A DNA stretch of 61,145 nt, the filler included, from Basidioascus undulatus (lineage: Eukaryota): assembly GCA_000826855.1 (NCBI GenBank). It is 4 parts of 4 records of this genome, joined end to end, with 100 filler letters (N's around TTAATTAATTAA, not from the genome) between each part and the next. Parts side by side here need not be neighbours in the genome. Positions count along the whole stretch, not along the records: positions 1 to 15,235 come from JTLS01000654.1; 3 more parts are not named here. One strand, 5' to 3'. This document shows, piece after piece, positions 1 through 12,677 of this stretch. A program made the position numbers and the translations under genes. Under the pieces are notes generated by a model. That model had not been told where the DNA came from. It worked only from the letters and a program-made list of their open reading frames with translations, and did no database searches. How positions within the stretch are numbered: the stretch's first letter is position 1; the number at the start of each line of letters is the position of its first letter.

Positions 1-896
1 CAGCAATCAAGTCTTTTAAGCATCTCAGCGGCTCCGCCTTCACTTCGCTGTGTCCCATACAGCCGTTCTATGCCCCGGCCGGCCTGCTCAATTCCGGCCG
101 GTAATGTCAGCCTAACCAGCCCAAATAAGTCCAAACTAGAGCGTTAAAATCCAACCTGGTCAAGTAGTTCTTGACGGCGGCTATCGAAGCTCCATCAGCG
201 GACGCCGCTTCGTGTCGAACAGCTGGAACGTGTAGTGCAAGAGGAGCACGGGGATCCAGTCGTCCTGGCTGTTATTGACCTGTAAATGGATGATTAGAAT
301 GTGTAAGAGTGAAATATCGCTCCAATCCTGTTAATCCGGGGCGCACCATTCCTACAATGGATTGGGAAGAAGCGGAACAGAATGTCAATGGTGGCGCTCT
401 GCACCAGGAGGCTGAGTAATGGGAAAGTTAGGAGCTTGACGGGCGGCAATAACATTTTCATATATTTTGACTATAATAGTTAGGGCCCTATTATTCGACA
501 GCTCACAAGGAGTGCAGATGGCAGAACGTCCTCAAGATGATTGGCATGAAGCGCAGTGTCTTTTCGCCCTTCGTCTGTTCTGGCAAAGTGTTTGTCGACA
601 ATAAGTGTATATAATCTATCCACACATTTGTGATACAGCAGAAGACGGAAATTCAGGCACCTTGGGGAGAACATAATGGACGACGCAGTAGAACGCTGAG
701 TTGTCGAGCAACAAGTCAGTCTTTGGTTTCACTGACGCTTTGAGGATTTTATTTGTAAAGTGTCAAATTTTACCGCCGAAAAGACAACCATTGAGCTTGA
801 AAATCTGCAGCGTTCGCAGGTTTTGGCAGACGCAAGGCGCGCAGTCTCACAGCCTGCAGTTCACAATCAAGGGCCTGCATGTTTGTCTCGTCAAGT

Positions 897-3788
897 TCAT
901 TTCGGGCTTTGCGGCGCGCTGAAAGGAAGCATAGGAATGTCGAACCACGAATACAGTCCGTGCACCCAACCGTCAGTCAAGTCCCTCCTGGACGGATCGA
1001 AGTCCATCCCGAGTGCGCCCCCAACCCCTGCAGGCATGCCGCCCCCGACCCCCGCACTCATGTCGTTCAGGAGACCTTGCATCGACGGCGCTGGCGCGGG
1101 GACGAGCGCCGAGATAGAGCCGTTCGTGTCTGAACCCCCGGAGCTACCGCTTTGCATCGCCATCTCGACGCCATATGCTGTCCGGCCCATGTCCGTGAGG
1201 GTCTGCACAGCTGGCGAGGGTGCCGCGTTCGCGTCGAGCTGCCTTGCGGATTGGTCCGCCTCGTACGACTGCAGGGCATGCGTGAGGATCTCCGCGTAAC
1301 GTCCTGCAGAACAATTGGGGAAAAGCGGTTGATCAGCCTGAGTTTGATGGGAATGGGCGAAAGAGCGACGATGCGTGCCCACCTGCGGAATCCCAGTAGG
1401 TCGATATGGCACGTAGGTGCTGAACGATAGTCTGGAGCTCGAGGAACATAGGGTACCTTTTGAGATAAGAGTGTGCTGAAGGGCCATGGTCTGGTCAGTA
1501 AGTGCGAGTATTGCCACGTTTGCCAGGCAGACACACTGAAGAGGACGCGACCTGCCACCCAGTTTGACCATCCCAGCGTCGACGTGACGCTTGACATTCG
1601 GTCCGACTCGATTATTGGTCTGGAGAGCCCGACAATGGTGCGCGCTGCCGCGACGCAGCGCTCTGCGGCGCCGTCTACGGCGAAGAAGAGCGACGAGGTA
1701 AGCGGCGGAAAAGCCGCAGACGAGTGAAGACGGATTTGCGTGCTGAGGAGCAAGATCAGTGAAAAAGAAAAAGAAGCCCCAGAAAAAGGATGCGACGGAC
1801 GACTGGTACATGACGTGCACAATTAGTCTGAGATCGTCGAAGTCGCCGTTCGCCTCTTCCAACGTGCCCGTGTCGCACATCCAGTCCGGGAGGCTCGACC
1901 ACCAGCTTTGGCAAATCTGTAATATTAGAGTCCCGCTCAATACACCCTGCTATATAACGTGTGAAATCTGGGAAGATACGCACATCCTCGAGGCTCCGGT
2001 AGTGCGCCAACCACTCGACGACATCGGGAGTCGTGAGAATGTCGACCGGCGTGCGGAGGAAAGCGTGCACCCGGCCGAGGATATCGGTGATCTCGACAAG
2101 GAACGAGAAAGCGCCCAGGGTTGAAGCATCGTCGTCGACTCGGCGGACCGGTGGCGGCTTTGTATGCGGCGGCTGAGCCGGAGATGACGTATCGAAGAAG
2201 CGGGCGAAAACGTGCTCCTGCGAACAATCACAGTTTCAGTCAAGCCGAGACGCAAGATATTGAAAGACCATAAACGCACCTCGGAGTCCCAGAGGTCTTC
2301 CCTGCAAGGCAGACGCCGGACAAACTCCTGCTTGTCCAGTGCAAAGGACCAGCCGGTCGAGACGCTCGCATGCCGGTCGAGGAGGAAGACGGCCCAAGTC
2401 AGCCTCCTACGCGCCTCTTCCTCCTTCCAATCCCTCGGCGGCGCAAGAAGGATCGTACTCGCCGTCCCCACGCGCAGGGAAGGCAGAACGGGGCTGTCGA
2501 TGCCGCGCACCGTCTGGCCTGTCTCGACCGTCAGACCGAGATGCTGCATGCTGCGCGTGAGCAGCGCGAGGACGCCCCAAGAGCTCGGTCCGCGCCCGTC
2601 GCCGATCACGTCGATGGAGAGGATCGAGAGCGCTTGGAGGGCCTCAAACGTTGTGGACTCGATTGCTTGCAGGATGACGGACTGCTTGGCGGCGGTATGG
2701 AACGAGGCGCGGGACTGCGGCGTGAGACGAGGGTCGGAGGAGAAGCGGAGGGTGACGGCGATGATGGCGTGGACGATTATGGACGATGGGAGGCTGGAAT
2801 TGTGTACTGCGGTGAGGTCGATAAAGGAACGGAGGAGAATGGGGTTGGTGGGGTTGATGTAGCGAAAATACAGGTCGATGCTGTTGAGCGCTGTCGAGAC
2901 TTAGATTCATCCACGTCGTCACAGCAGGGGAAACTCACAGGCTGTATACCAGGTCGGGCGGTAGCATCGATGGAGGAAAGAGAGGAGAAGAAGAAAGTGC
3001 GGGCGTGGCGGCTGTGGTGTTGATTGGCGGTAACGGCTGCGGCTCCTTCGTTGGACTCAGCTGCAGATTCGCCGACGGAAACGACGCGTATGGCGACCGA
3101 TCGACGGGCAGAGCACTAGAAGACCCGGTATCTGTTCTCTCAAGGTAAATTTCAGTATGTGACCAAATATATGCCCTGGGAGATGCCCTACCCGATGGGC
3201 TGGAATCCAGTGGCCCGACTCTCAGCACCGAAGGCTGCGCAACCGAACTGCCCTGCAGTCGTTTGAGCAGCTCTGCGTGTTCCAAAAGTTGCTGCTCTAT
3301 TTGCTCTGCATCATACAATCCAAAACTCAGTAACGACAGCCAGAACCGCGACATGCGCAGAAAACGACTCACGGACGCGCCGCTCCAGCTCCTGCCCGGT
3401 CCCAGGCCTCAGACCCGGTTTGCGCTTAATCATGTAGACGCAGCTGAACAGGCGATGATGGGTGTTCCATGTCTCACAAGCACTTAACCGATAAAGCTCA
3501 TGAACCGGACGTACTCGCTTCCATTTTTGACGCAGTGGCTGCAAGGCTTTGCTCCATCGCACTTCACCTTGCGCGCACTGCCCTCCCACACATTCCCATT
3601 AGACATACGCAAGCACAGTATCGAACGGACGACTATACCGGCAGGTTGTACATCTGTTTTGGTTACAGCAAGGTCAGGTGCAAACATAAGGAGCTTCACA
3701 AGGGACACGCGTACGACGAAGCCAATGGCCGCGCGTTGGCCTCTGCAGCCGCAGCCCGCTCTGGCGGCCGTCGGATCGGGATCGACAT
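897..3788 (-). CDS. Zn(II)2Cys6 fungal transcription factor with Fungal_trans (middle homology) domain; multi-exon; possibly RhaR/TRC1-like
   Basis: Exon translations give ARKVKCDGAKPCSHCVKNGS / CVYMIKRKPGLRPGTGQELERRV (binuclear cluster plus linker) and EEEARRRLTWAVFLLDRHASVSTGWSFALDKQEFVRRLPCREDLWDSE (Fungal_trans). The likely ATG is at 3788 (MSIPIRR...YA). The first Cys pair is split over very small exons that I could not resolve. C-terminus ...LYSWFDIPMLPFSAPQSPK* ends at 897. Confidence 0.88.
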
Positions 3789-4248
3789 CACTCCGAGACC
3801 TGTGCGTATTTCCTGTGATTGAGCCGCTCGGTCGATTGCTCTGGCGAGGATGCGGGGTAGGCGAAGCGGGTAGAGATGAAGGTGCGGGACAAAGAGCAAG
3901 CGAGGCACACGAACGTCAAGTGGGAGCAAGAACGGGCCGAACACCCGGCGTTGGAAGCTGGCAGCCGACTTCCAAGTCAACTGACCGTGCCGCCTGCAGC
4001 GCGAGTACTACTTCGCGATGGTCCAGGAAATGTGAAGAAAATAGTACTGCTGTCAAAAATGCAACAGGTCTCGTCGATACAAGCAAAGCGAGTCGTAGCC
4101 TTCTGGGCTTTCTTAGGACGCGCCCAACGACTCGAGGTTCAAATGCTTCAGGTGCAGGCATTTTGACAAACAAGAGTAGCAAATGCATCGTTTCGTTCCA
4201 GTTCTTGGGCTTGACCTATCAACTCCTCATCACCCGCTCTACCCAGCC

Positions 4249-5878
4249 TCAAATCGCAGTCTGGAACGGCGCATTGACCGGCGGCGGCATCGGCTTGTCT
4301 GCGACGTACTCGGAGGAAGGTACGAGGTTTGCATGGGGGTTGAGCTCCAGGCCGAATCCAGGGGCGTCGGAGATATCGAGTTTGCCGCCATGCGGGACCG
4401 GCTCGTTGAGGAAGAGGTCGCCGAAGACGGGGTGGATGGACTTGCCGTCGGGAGAGTTGGCGATGTACTCGCCTGCGACGTATGGACGAGAGTGAGCATT
4501 CACCCTATTAGCACATAAATCAGAATCAAAGAGGATATAAAACTTACAGAAAGGCGAGTGAGTCTGCGACATGATGAAGTGGTAGGAGTACGGACCCGAG
4601 CCATGGGGCACGACAGGGATGTCGTATGCGGACGCCATCGCGCTCACGCGGAGAAGCTCGGTGAGGCCTCCTAGCCACATACAGTCCGGTTGAATTATAT
4701 CGACGGAGCGGCCCTCGACGAGTTTACGGAATCCGTAGCGGCTGTACTCGTGCTCGCCCGTCGTCCACTTGACCTGCGGCAGAGCGCGCTTGAGCAGCGC
4801 GTGCCCGTCGAAGTCGTCCGGGTGGAGAACTGCCGATAGAGACCAGAAAATGTCAGAAGAAAATGACGAAGGCCAGAGTAAAGCACCAAGGCACGCCTAC
4901 GTACCTTCTTCCCACCAGTTGATGTTGATGCCCTCGTCAAGACATTTCTGTGCGAGCTCGATCGCGTACTGGACGTTCAGCGACATACTACAGCCCCCCA
5001 TAAAATAATTGTCAGCATAACGTTGACAATTCTGCATCTGAACTTGACGTACTAGCAGTCAACCATAATTGGAAAGTCGGGTCTGCTTGCGCACATATCA
5101 GTAAATAAGGGAAAGGAGGGAACGATGTTTAAAAAGAATAACGCACCCGACAGCCTCGCGGTGCTTCCTCAAGAACTCGACGTTCTTCCGCATACCCTCA
5201 TGGCCCTCCCCAGGCCCATGCGGAAGCGGGACCTTCCCGCCCCAGAAGCCCATGCGCTTCGCTTCGCTCGGCAGCGGGCCGGTGCAGTAGAACGGGATCG
5301 ACTCCTTCGTCCTGCCGCCGATGAGCTTGTACACGGGCTCGCCCCGGATCTTGCCCTGGAGGTCCCAGAGCGCGAGGTCGACGACCGAGATGGCCGCGAG
5401 CGTGATGCCCTTGCGGCCGTAGAACATGCTCGCGCGGAAGAGCTGGTCCCAGATGCGGTTCGTGTCGCGCGGGTCCGAGCCGAGGACGAAGCGCGAGAAG
5501 TGCTGCTCGATCAGCCAGCACGCGGGCGGCCCGCCGAAGCCGGTCGCGAAGCCGACGGTCCCGTCCGACGCGGTGAGCTTGACGAAGATGCTGCCGAGGA
5601 CGCCGATGCCCCACGTCGTACGGGACGCGCGGTACTCCTCGTAGCCTGTTGAGCATTGCGTCGGCTTTCAGCCAGGACGTCTGGACAAGCGGATGTAGCT
5701 GAGACTCACCGGACATCGGGTTCGCAATAGAAGTGTCGATAATCCAGTGCCCTCCCTTCTGGTTGTGGTAGTCTCCGCCTGAGCCCTTGGCGGAAGGGAT
5801 GAAGGTCTCGATCTTGACGACCGTCGGGAAGCTCGCCGGCTTCGACGAGGATGTACCATTCGCTTGTGCGCCGGTCAT
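4249..5878 (-). CDS. LRA3: L-rhamnonate dehydratase (enolase superfamily; RhmD/YfaW, fungal LRA3/lraC type); multi-exon
   Basis: Spliced translation GGDYHNQKGGHWII...IANPMSGYEEYRASRTTWGIGVLG...VDLALWDLQGKIRGEPVYKLIGG...GFWGGKVPLPHGP...IMVDCYMSL...WWEE...TTGEHEYSRYGF...IQPDCMWLGG...VVPHGSG matches the RhmD signature motifs. Confidence 0.92.
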
Positions 5879-6393
5879 TGTAGCTGAGAGAATCCGAGAA
5901 TTGCACGTGACCAATCCCCTTTAATTAGTCAGAGATCATGAACTCACGGGGGACTTGAGCTGAAAATTACGAAGAACGCGACGGTAGGCGGGTTGAAGTC
6001 TCAGACAGAGGAGGGGGGAGCGTTACGCGTCGACGTTGAGAAGGGGTATGTGAAAGTGTGGTGATTGAAGAAAAGAGAGAGCTTAAGCTGGGGAAGGCAT
6101 TTTGGGCGCCTCAGGGTGGATGCTCGGGATAAAGAGAGCGCGACGACCGGGGAGAAGACGCAGCGAAGTCAAGTTGACAAGGCTGGGTTGGACTCGCAGG
6201 CGGGTCGCGTCCCGGCGCCCCGAGGTGCAGGCGGCTGCCGGCGAGCACGTTATCGCACTGCACACTTATTTTCAGACACTTTTAAACATTGGTTTTCATG
6301 AGATGTAACACTTTGCAAATCGACAAAGAGATGGACTTGGGATAGGCCAGCTGTGTGTTTAAATGTATATGTCAAAGGCGAAAATGGAGAATA

Positions 6394-6491
6394 GGCCTGA
6401 TGGTCTAGTCGTATGATTTTCCCTTCGGGTTGCAAAGCTCATGCGGTCGCATGTCTGGGAGAGGTCCCGGGTTCAATTCCCGGTCAGGCCC
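6394..6491 (+). tRNA. tRNA-Pro(CGG) with 26-nt intron (6430-6455)
   Basis: Acceptor stem GGCCTGA/TCAGGCC; anticodon stem TTCCC/GGGAG; anticodon CGG at 6426-6428; intron after G37; T-arm CCGGG-TTCAATT-CCCGG; TTTTT Pol III terminator at 6492-6496. Confidence 0.9.
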
Positions 6492-7573
6492 TTTTTGACC
6501 TTTTGGCACTCTCCCTCCATGATCTTCTTTATGATTACCGTCCTGTGTGTCGAAGACGCTCGATAAGATGTTATCGCGTACTCCAGCACCTGTAGAAGCT
6601 CTCCAAATGTACCAAGCACTATCAACATGCGGCTGCAGCTGCTCGTCCGCAGAGCTTCAAGATCGTCCGTTGCTTTGTGACAGACGCAGTCTGCGAGTGA
6701 CCAAACAAGGTATACAGCACCCCAACAAGTTAGTACATTCTCCTCAACCCCACCGCAGCGTCCAAATCACCTTCCCTGGATTCTCACCGCACCACAAAAA
6801 TACCCCTTCACAACACTCTCTGTAGGACTACGCAGCAGGATCTCCCGCCTCAGGTCTCAGAGAAGTTTCTGGATTGAATTTCGAAATCTCCTCAACGCTC
6901 GTGGTCCTGCTGATGCAGCCTGAAAGACCGTCCCTCTGGGTAGGGGGCGCAATGCGCTGCGTCGTCCCGCGCAGCCCGCACCAACGGATGAACAGAACGC
7001 GAAATGAACATGAATAGGTCCGAGCAAGATTGAAAGCCATAATTGATTGTCACATTCATTTTGAAGTCCCAGTGAATGGGGGAGGCCGATCAAGAACAGA
7101 CGTTCGCCCAAGGTCCGAACACCCGTTCCAACGGAGTCGGATCTTCAATGGAGCAGCTCCACTCACCGGTGTTCAGCACCGACAATCTGCCGACCGCCGT
7201 CGCCTGGGCGTGCATCTACCGTCATCTTATACCCTGGGCGACGCATCGTGGCTGTCGCCAGTCATAATGAGCAGGGGCGGAAAATTAAAGGAGGTCTTGA
7301 GTGCATTCAAGTGCAGTACGGCATTATCGACTGCAGTAAGGTGAGCACAGCTGGAATTCAGAGCCACGGCATTGAATCGGCGGAGCTTCACTGCGTGGCT
7401 TCTTCCTGATGAGAAGTGTCTCCTAGCCATTGCGATAGAAATGCATCGCCCGAGAAGCATCGTTCCGTTGCTACCGCCTTGCTGGGTTATCAGCGGTACG
7501 CGGGCGAAGCAGGAAGCTAGCGGCTGCTGGGATCTCAACAAGCAGCCACATTGTAAATCTACTCGCGACTTGC

Positions 7574-7641
7574 GCAACGTGATGCGATGAGCTGCAATGT
7601 GATGCAATAAGCGGCAACGTGATGCAAGCAATGTGGCGCAA
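7574..7641. repeat. Phased motif array GCAA(C/T)GTGATGC x3 at 20-bp period plus a degenerate fourth copy
   Basis: Copies start at 7574, 7594 and 7614; GCAATGTGGCGCAA starts at 7628. Confidence 0.75.
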
Positions 7642-8441
7642 CTGTCTCATGCATTTCGCCGTGATGGTTAGCGGTTAGCCAGCGCGCCAGCGCGCTGATC
7701 ACTGGCGCGCTGATCTTGAGCTCCGCTATCGGATTCGTTGAATGTAAAATTGAGCTGTCAGGGTTCACTTTGCGGGTAGACTGTCAAGCCCGTGTCCACA
7801 GTGTCAAGCTGCGACGGCTGGTCTGCTTTCAATTGGTCTGCTGCTGCCGGCGAAGCATGGGTGTAGTGGAAGGCATGAGGCGTGCATTCAAAAGCAAGCT
7901 AGGATTATGCGCGTGATCCAGCCATTTGTGTGGCTCTGCGCTGAGGGCAAGGGTGCGGTTGAAAGCGATGAGGCCGGTCGGCGGAGGGTGCCTTGCAGTG
8001 TGCACTGCGGACGATGCGTCATGCTTGCACTCCAAGTCGCAGCCGCTGAGATGACCGCAGGCCAAGGCCAACTCTGCCATTCCATCCTCGACCCTGGGCT
8101 GCAGATCATCCTCTCCACCGCCCCCGCCACTCTGCTGTATACCCCCATCTGTGCTATCCCCACGACGACCTACCCGCCACCGCTGATACCCGCCCCCTCG
8201 TCCTCCTCATCCACGGCCAAAGCGTACACGTTCTCTGAATCTGATAACCTCAGCTGCAGCACTCAGTAGCAGCGCTACATCTTGATCCCCCCCGGTTAGA
8301 TCGCACTTGGACCGATAGGATTCCCTAAAGGTGTGTCCGATGGTCGGAACCTCTAATCGATGCCTGGTGTCCCTTTCCCCCCCTCTCCCCCCTCCCTTCT
8401 GATCGCGGTAAGCTGAACATGCCTATAATTCGCATGACCGC

Positions 8442-11400
8442 ATGCAGGACTTCACGTGGATACCGACCGATCTGTCTCTTTCGAGCGAGCCAGTGAGGCA
8501 GCCCGCCGCGATGGACGATACCTATAGCGCGACTGGCGACCCCCCGCACATGGGGGGCGGCGGCGGGGCGGCAGGACAGCCCGCGCCGTACTCGCTCAAC
8601 GACAAGCGCCCATTCGACTACGAGCCGCGTCGGACAGGACTGACGCCCACGTACACGAGCGTTGATGATTGGAGCGCAGGCGGTGGTGCAGGACAAGAAG
8701 GGTTCGGGGTGGGGTTGGACGCGTACGGCGGTGGACCGTTGGCGGCGGCGCTCGACTTGGCTGCCGCCGGCTCAACGGGCGGTTACGCTCCGCCGCCCCC
8801 GCTGCCGCCCTCGTTCGACACCTATCCCGACCCTACATTCTCCTACCCTTATCCCTCCCCCCCGCAATCTCTATCCCCCGCCGCCGCGCCTACCACCTTC
8901 TCCCAACTACCCGCTCCTTCTCCCCGCCGGGACTACGCGTCGTTCGAGGACCTGCACTCGCTCGATCAGACCGTCCCGACCTCGTCCCCTCGCACAGTCC
9001 CAGCGCCCAGCGTGGGTCCGCTTGTGCATAACTCGCTCGGCCTCGCAGGCCTCGGCAGCGCCTATGCTTCTCGCCGGCGCGCGTCGCACATGCGGCCGAG
9101 GAGCTGGACAGCCGGCGCCGGAGCGAGCTTCGCCTCTGCCGATTCGATCCCGTCGTCCGAGCCCAGCCCATCCGACACGTTCTCCCCGACGCCTCCCTCG
9201 AACGGCTTCGAGCCGCCTCCCACGCCGCCTCAGCCGTGGAGAGGTAACCCTGGCGCGCTGTCCGCTCAACCGCCAGGGTCAATGTCGTTCATGTCCTCGC
9301 CGATCGTGCAGCCTTCCTCGCTCGCGGGCTCGTACGCGTCCATAACGCCTGCGTCGCCCGCGCGCTCGTACGCGTACACAACGCCTGCGTCGCCCGCGCG
9401 CTCGTTCACGGCCGTGCCGTCTGAGGCGTATGGCCACCATTCGAGGCGGAACAGCACGAGCAGCCTCGTCAGCTCCGTCGGGACCGGCGGCGTCTTCAGC
9501 CTCCAGCAGGTCTCCGCTGCTGCGCCTTCCGAGCTGCTAGTCCGGCAGGAGACACCCATCTCGCCTGTGCAATCAGAGCGCGGCTTCGCGCCCGTCGTCG
9601 AGCTTAACAACCTTGATCTCGAAGGCAATGTGGAGGCCTCATCTACGATGCTGAAGGACTTTTCGGCTATCATCCAGTGCGTTTGCTTTCGGAGCAGACA
9701 TCCACAAACTGCATTGTGCTGATCGTGCCTTCGGATAGACCCCACTTGACTGCCTACCTCTCCGCGCCGAACAGGCTGCAACACGGCGAGAGCGTGGTCG
9801 CGCTGCTGAACGTCAAGACCGCCCAAAAGTCGTACGGCTCGGAGAAACGGTACGTCGCCTTCTATCACTCCCACAAGTACTCGGCTCATTATTTTGTCTC
9901 TTCCTTTTTTGCGCATAGGTACATCGCCTCTCCGCCCCAAGTCATCCTCCTCGGCAAGCACTGGTACCCCGGACGCGGAGGCACGTCCGACTCGTCGGCG
10001 CCCCACCCGCCCGCCGTCGCACAACGCACGGCCGCTCCCGCGCGCGCGATCATTTCGCTCGGCGGGGACCTCGGAGCGTCCGAGTGCGCGCTGGAATGGA
10101 CGACCAAGTCGGGCGAGCAGTTCGACCCGGCGCGCGCGGAGATGGACCCGCCCGTCGAGGGTCGCGGCGTCGCGCGGCACCTCCACGTCTCGGACCCCAG
10201 CGACAGGCGGAAGACCGTCCAGCCCGTCGCGGAGATCGCGCTGCCCGGCCCTGCTCAGCCGGTCCTAGGCGCGTTCCTCTTCCCGCCGATCCACATCATC
10301 TCCAAGGCGAGCAAGCAACGCAAGCCGCGCAAGAACGAGGAGCGTACGTGGATGACCTTCGACTTCACACCGCTTCTTTGCTGCTCACTATGCGAGTCGT
10401 CGTAGTCTGCATCCACCATGGCTCGCTCGTCTCGCTCTTCAACCGCACGCGCTCCCAGACGTCCTCGACGCGCTACCTCTCCGTCTCGGGCACGAAGACG
10501 TGCTGGCCAGCCGGCTCGGACGGGCAGACGCTCACGAACGACCCGGCGCCGGATAACGCGCGCTTCGCACCGGAGACGAACTTCTGGGACGCGTTCATCA
10601 TCTGGCTGTACGACCCGCGCGCGACGGCGAACAACCCTCCTCTACCGCCGCCGCCCGGCTACCCCGCACCGCCGCAGCACGTTCTCCCGTTCGACCCCTC
10701 GGGCGCGCCCACCGTCCTGCGCCATAACCACGTCGTACTGCTCCAGTCCTTCGCCCACGGTGTCGTCAGCCCCCCGCTCATCCTCCGCCGCGCCGGGAAG
10801 GGCACGACGGTGCTCGGCGGCGGTACGCCGAGCGGACTCGCCCAACCTGGCGTGGCCGAGGTCGCGTGCTCCCCGGGAGAGGTGCTCGGCGAGGCGATTG
10901 TGCAGCTCAACAAGGTCGGCCTCGAGCTTCTCGACAGCCAGAGCGGCCAGAGCAGCTCGCCGGGCCGTTTCCTCTCGTGCCTGGACGAGGCGATCGGAAC
11001 GCACACGCCCCGGGGACGCAAGTCTTCTCTCCCGCGCCGTAACGACCGTCTCGACCACTCCGTGCTCTCTCCGACCTCGCCTACGGCACCGGGTTTCCCG
11101 CCCGACTTGGCCGGCCCGCCGCAGCCCCAGGGCTACTCGCCGCCCGACTTTGAGGCCATGTACGGCCAGTCGTATCCCTCCGTCGCTCCGGCTCCCCCCA
11201 TACCCGACCCTTCGCCTCCGTCAGACGGCAGCGGCCTGCAGAGGCGCAGGCGCAGGCTCTCGTCATCCGCCGCAGCTACGGGTTCGTCGGCCGCCAACGC
11301 CGTGCCCATAGCCAGCAAGGCCGCGGTTCGCACGCGTAGGCGTGTCAATAGCCTCGGCAGCGGCTCCCCGAACAAGTCTGCTGCGCAGGCGGTTCCGGTC

Positions 11401-12008
11401 GACCTGTACGCAGAGGCGGGCTCGACGTGGACGCTCGACGTGGGCGAGTCGGCGCTGTGGACGCTCTCGGGTGCTGGTACGTCCAAAATATGCGAGATTC
11501 CAATCCATGCGTCTCACTGTCAACCTTACCTGCCTGCTCGTAGACGTTGCGATCCACCGCTTTTTCATCCCGGACCTTGCTAGCGACGGCTCTGCTTCGA
11601 CTGTCCCGCTCGCACTCATGCCGTGCCCATCCATCCCGATCGCCCCGTTCCCCGTTGTCCTTGCCTGGCAGCCATCGCCGCTTCCGCCTCCGCCTACGGT
11701 CGGGGATAACGCTCGTATGATCGTCCTCGTCGGCCATGGCTTCGCGTACACCGACACGCGCCGGCCTTCGGACTACCTCGTCTTCTTCGGGACCGACACC
11801 CAGAGTCCCATGGTCGAGTTCCGCTCGTCCGGTACGTCAATTCCTGGGATGAGCGGATCGAGGAGCTTTGACTGAAGCAATGCCTGAATGTTTTCCAGAG
11901 GAGCTGCTTGTCGTCGCCCCGCGCTTGCACGCGGGCCAGAGCCTTCCCATCACGCTCGTTCGCCGGGACTGCTGCATATTTCCCACCGAACTGGAACTCA
12001 CCGCATGA
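8442..12008 (+). CDS. CSL (CBF1/Su(H)/LAG-1) family transcription factor, fungal Cbf11/Cbf12-like; multi-exon
   Basis: Long Pro/Ser-rich N-terminus, then VVALLNVKTAQKSYGSEKR|YIASPPQVILLG (LAG1 DNA-binding domain), IISKASKQRK, CIHHGSLVSLFNRTRSQTSSTRYL (beta-trefoil), and a C-terminal LPITLVRRDCCIFPTELELTA* ending at 12008. Confidence 0.9.
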
Positions 12009-12677
12009 TTCCCTCTCACTTCTCGCTTTGACACTCGAGACGCGCAATGTCGTCCTCTTCCCTGTCCATATCATACCTTCGATATCTCAATTTCCCGCCC
12101 ATCTTGATTTCATCCCCTCATCTTCATCTCTTCATCTCTTTGTCTCACGATCCACACATGTGGTATTTAACCCGCATCATCACAATATCCGTAGCAAGTA
12201 CATCGTATATCCTCTTTGTACCTCGCCACAAGGTCCCCACCCATTGCTTTGCGTCCTTGCACGCGGCATGGGCTTATCGGACTTTGCTATCACACGCCGT
12301 ACTGCCTATGCCAACCTCGTCACTCGTCATACGTCGCACACTATGCCAATCATTTGAACGACCACGGTGATGCTGGATCCCACGGGGGAGCCGCTGCTTT
12401 CCATGCACCCACCGCGAACGCTTTTACCTGCATCGGTTTCGTGACTGTAACGCCTACTTTCGCGCTGGTTGTACTTTCAATGTAACTCTCTTGGACATGT
12501 TTACGCATCACGGTTCTGCAGAACGCGATTTGCCGCGCTTCGCATTTACTGCTGTGCTGTCTGTGCTGTGCGTTCAGGATGTTGCGCAGCTGCTCGCCCG
12601 AAGAGTTTCAAGATTGCTCCTTCCTGACAGACGCGACCCTCGACCGTTCAAAAAGGATCTATGGTACACGAATAAAG

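Noticed and set aside
1..700. Possible minus-strand spliced gene fragment
   Set aside because: Splice-like signals exist, but no consistent open frame or recognisable motif was found.
6201..6240. CGG-N8-CCG and CGG-N3-CCG as Zn2Cys6 sites upstream of LRA3
   Set aside because: Such triplets are common in GC-rich DNA and the two spacings are inconsistent.
7574..7641. Repeat-spacer pattern as a CRISPR-like array
   Set aside because: The context is eukaryotic, the repeats are 12 bp with 8-bp spacers, and there are no cas genes.
9266..11311. Long antisense and alternative-frame ORFs over CSL, and similar ones over MCM5, ETFA, SOL and ATG16
   Set aside because: They are shadow ORFs caused by high GC3 in real genes: Arg/Ser/Pro-rich and without motifs.
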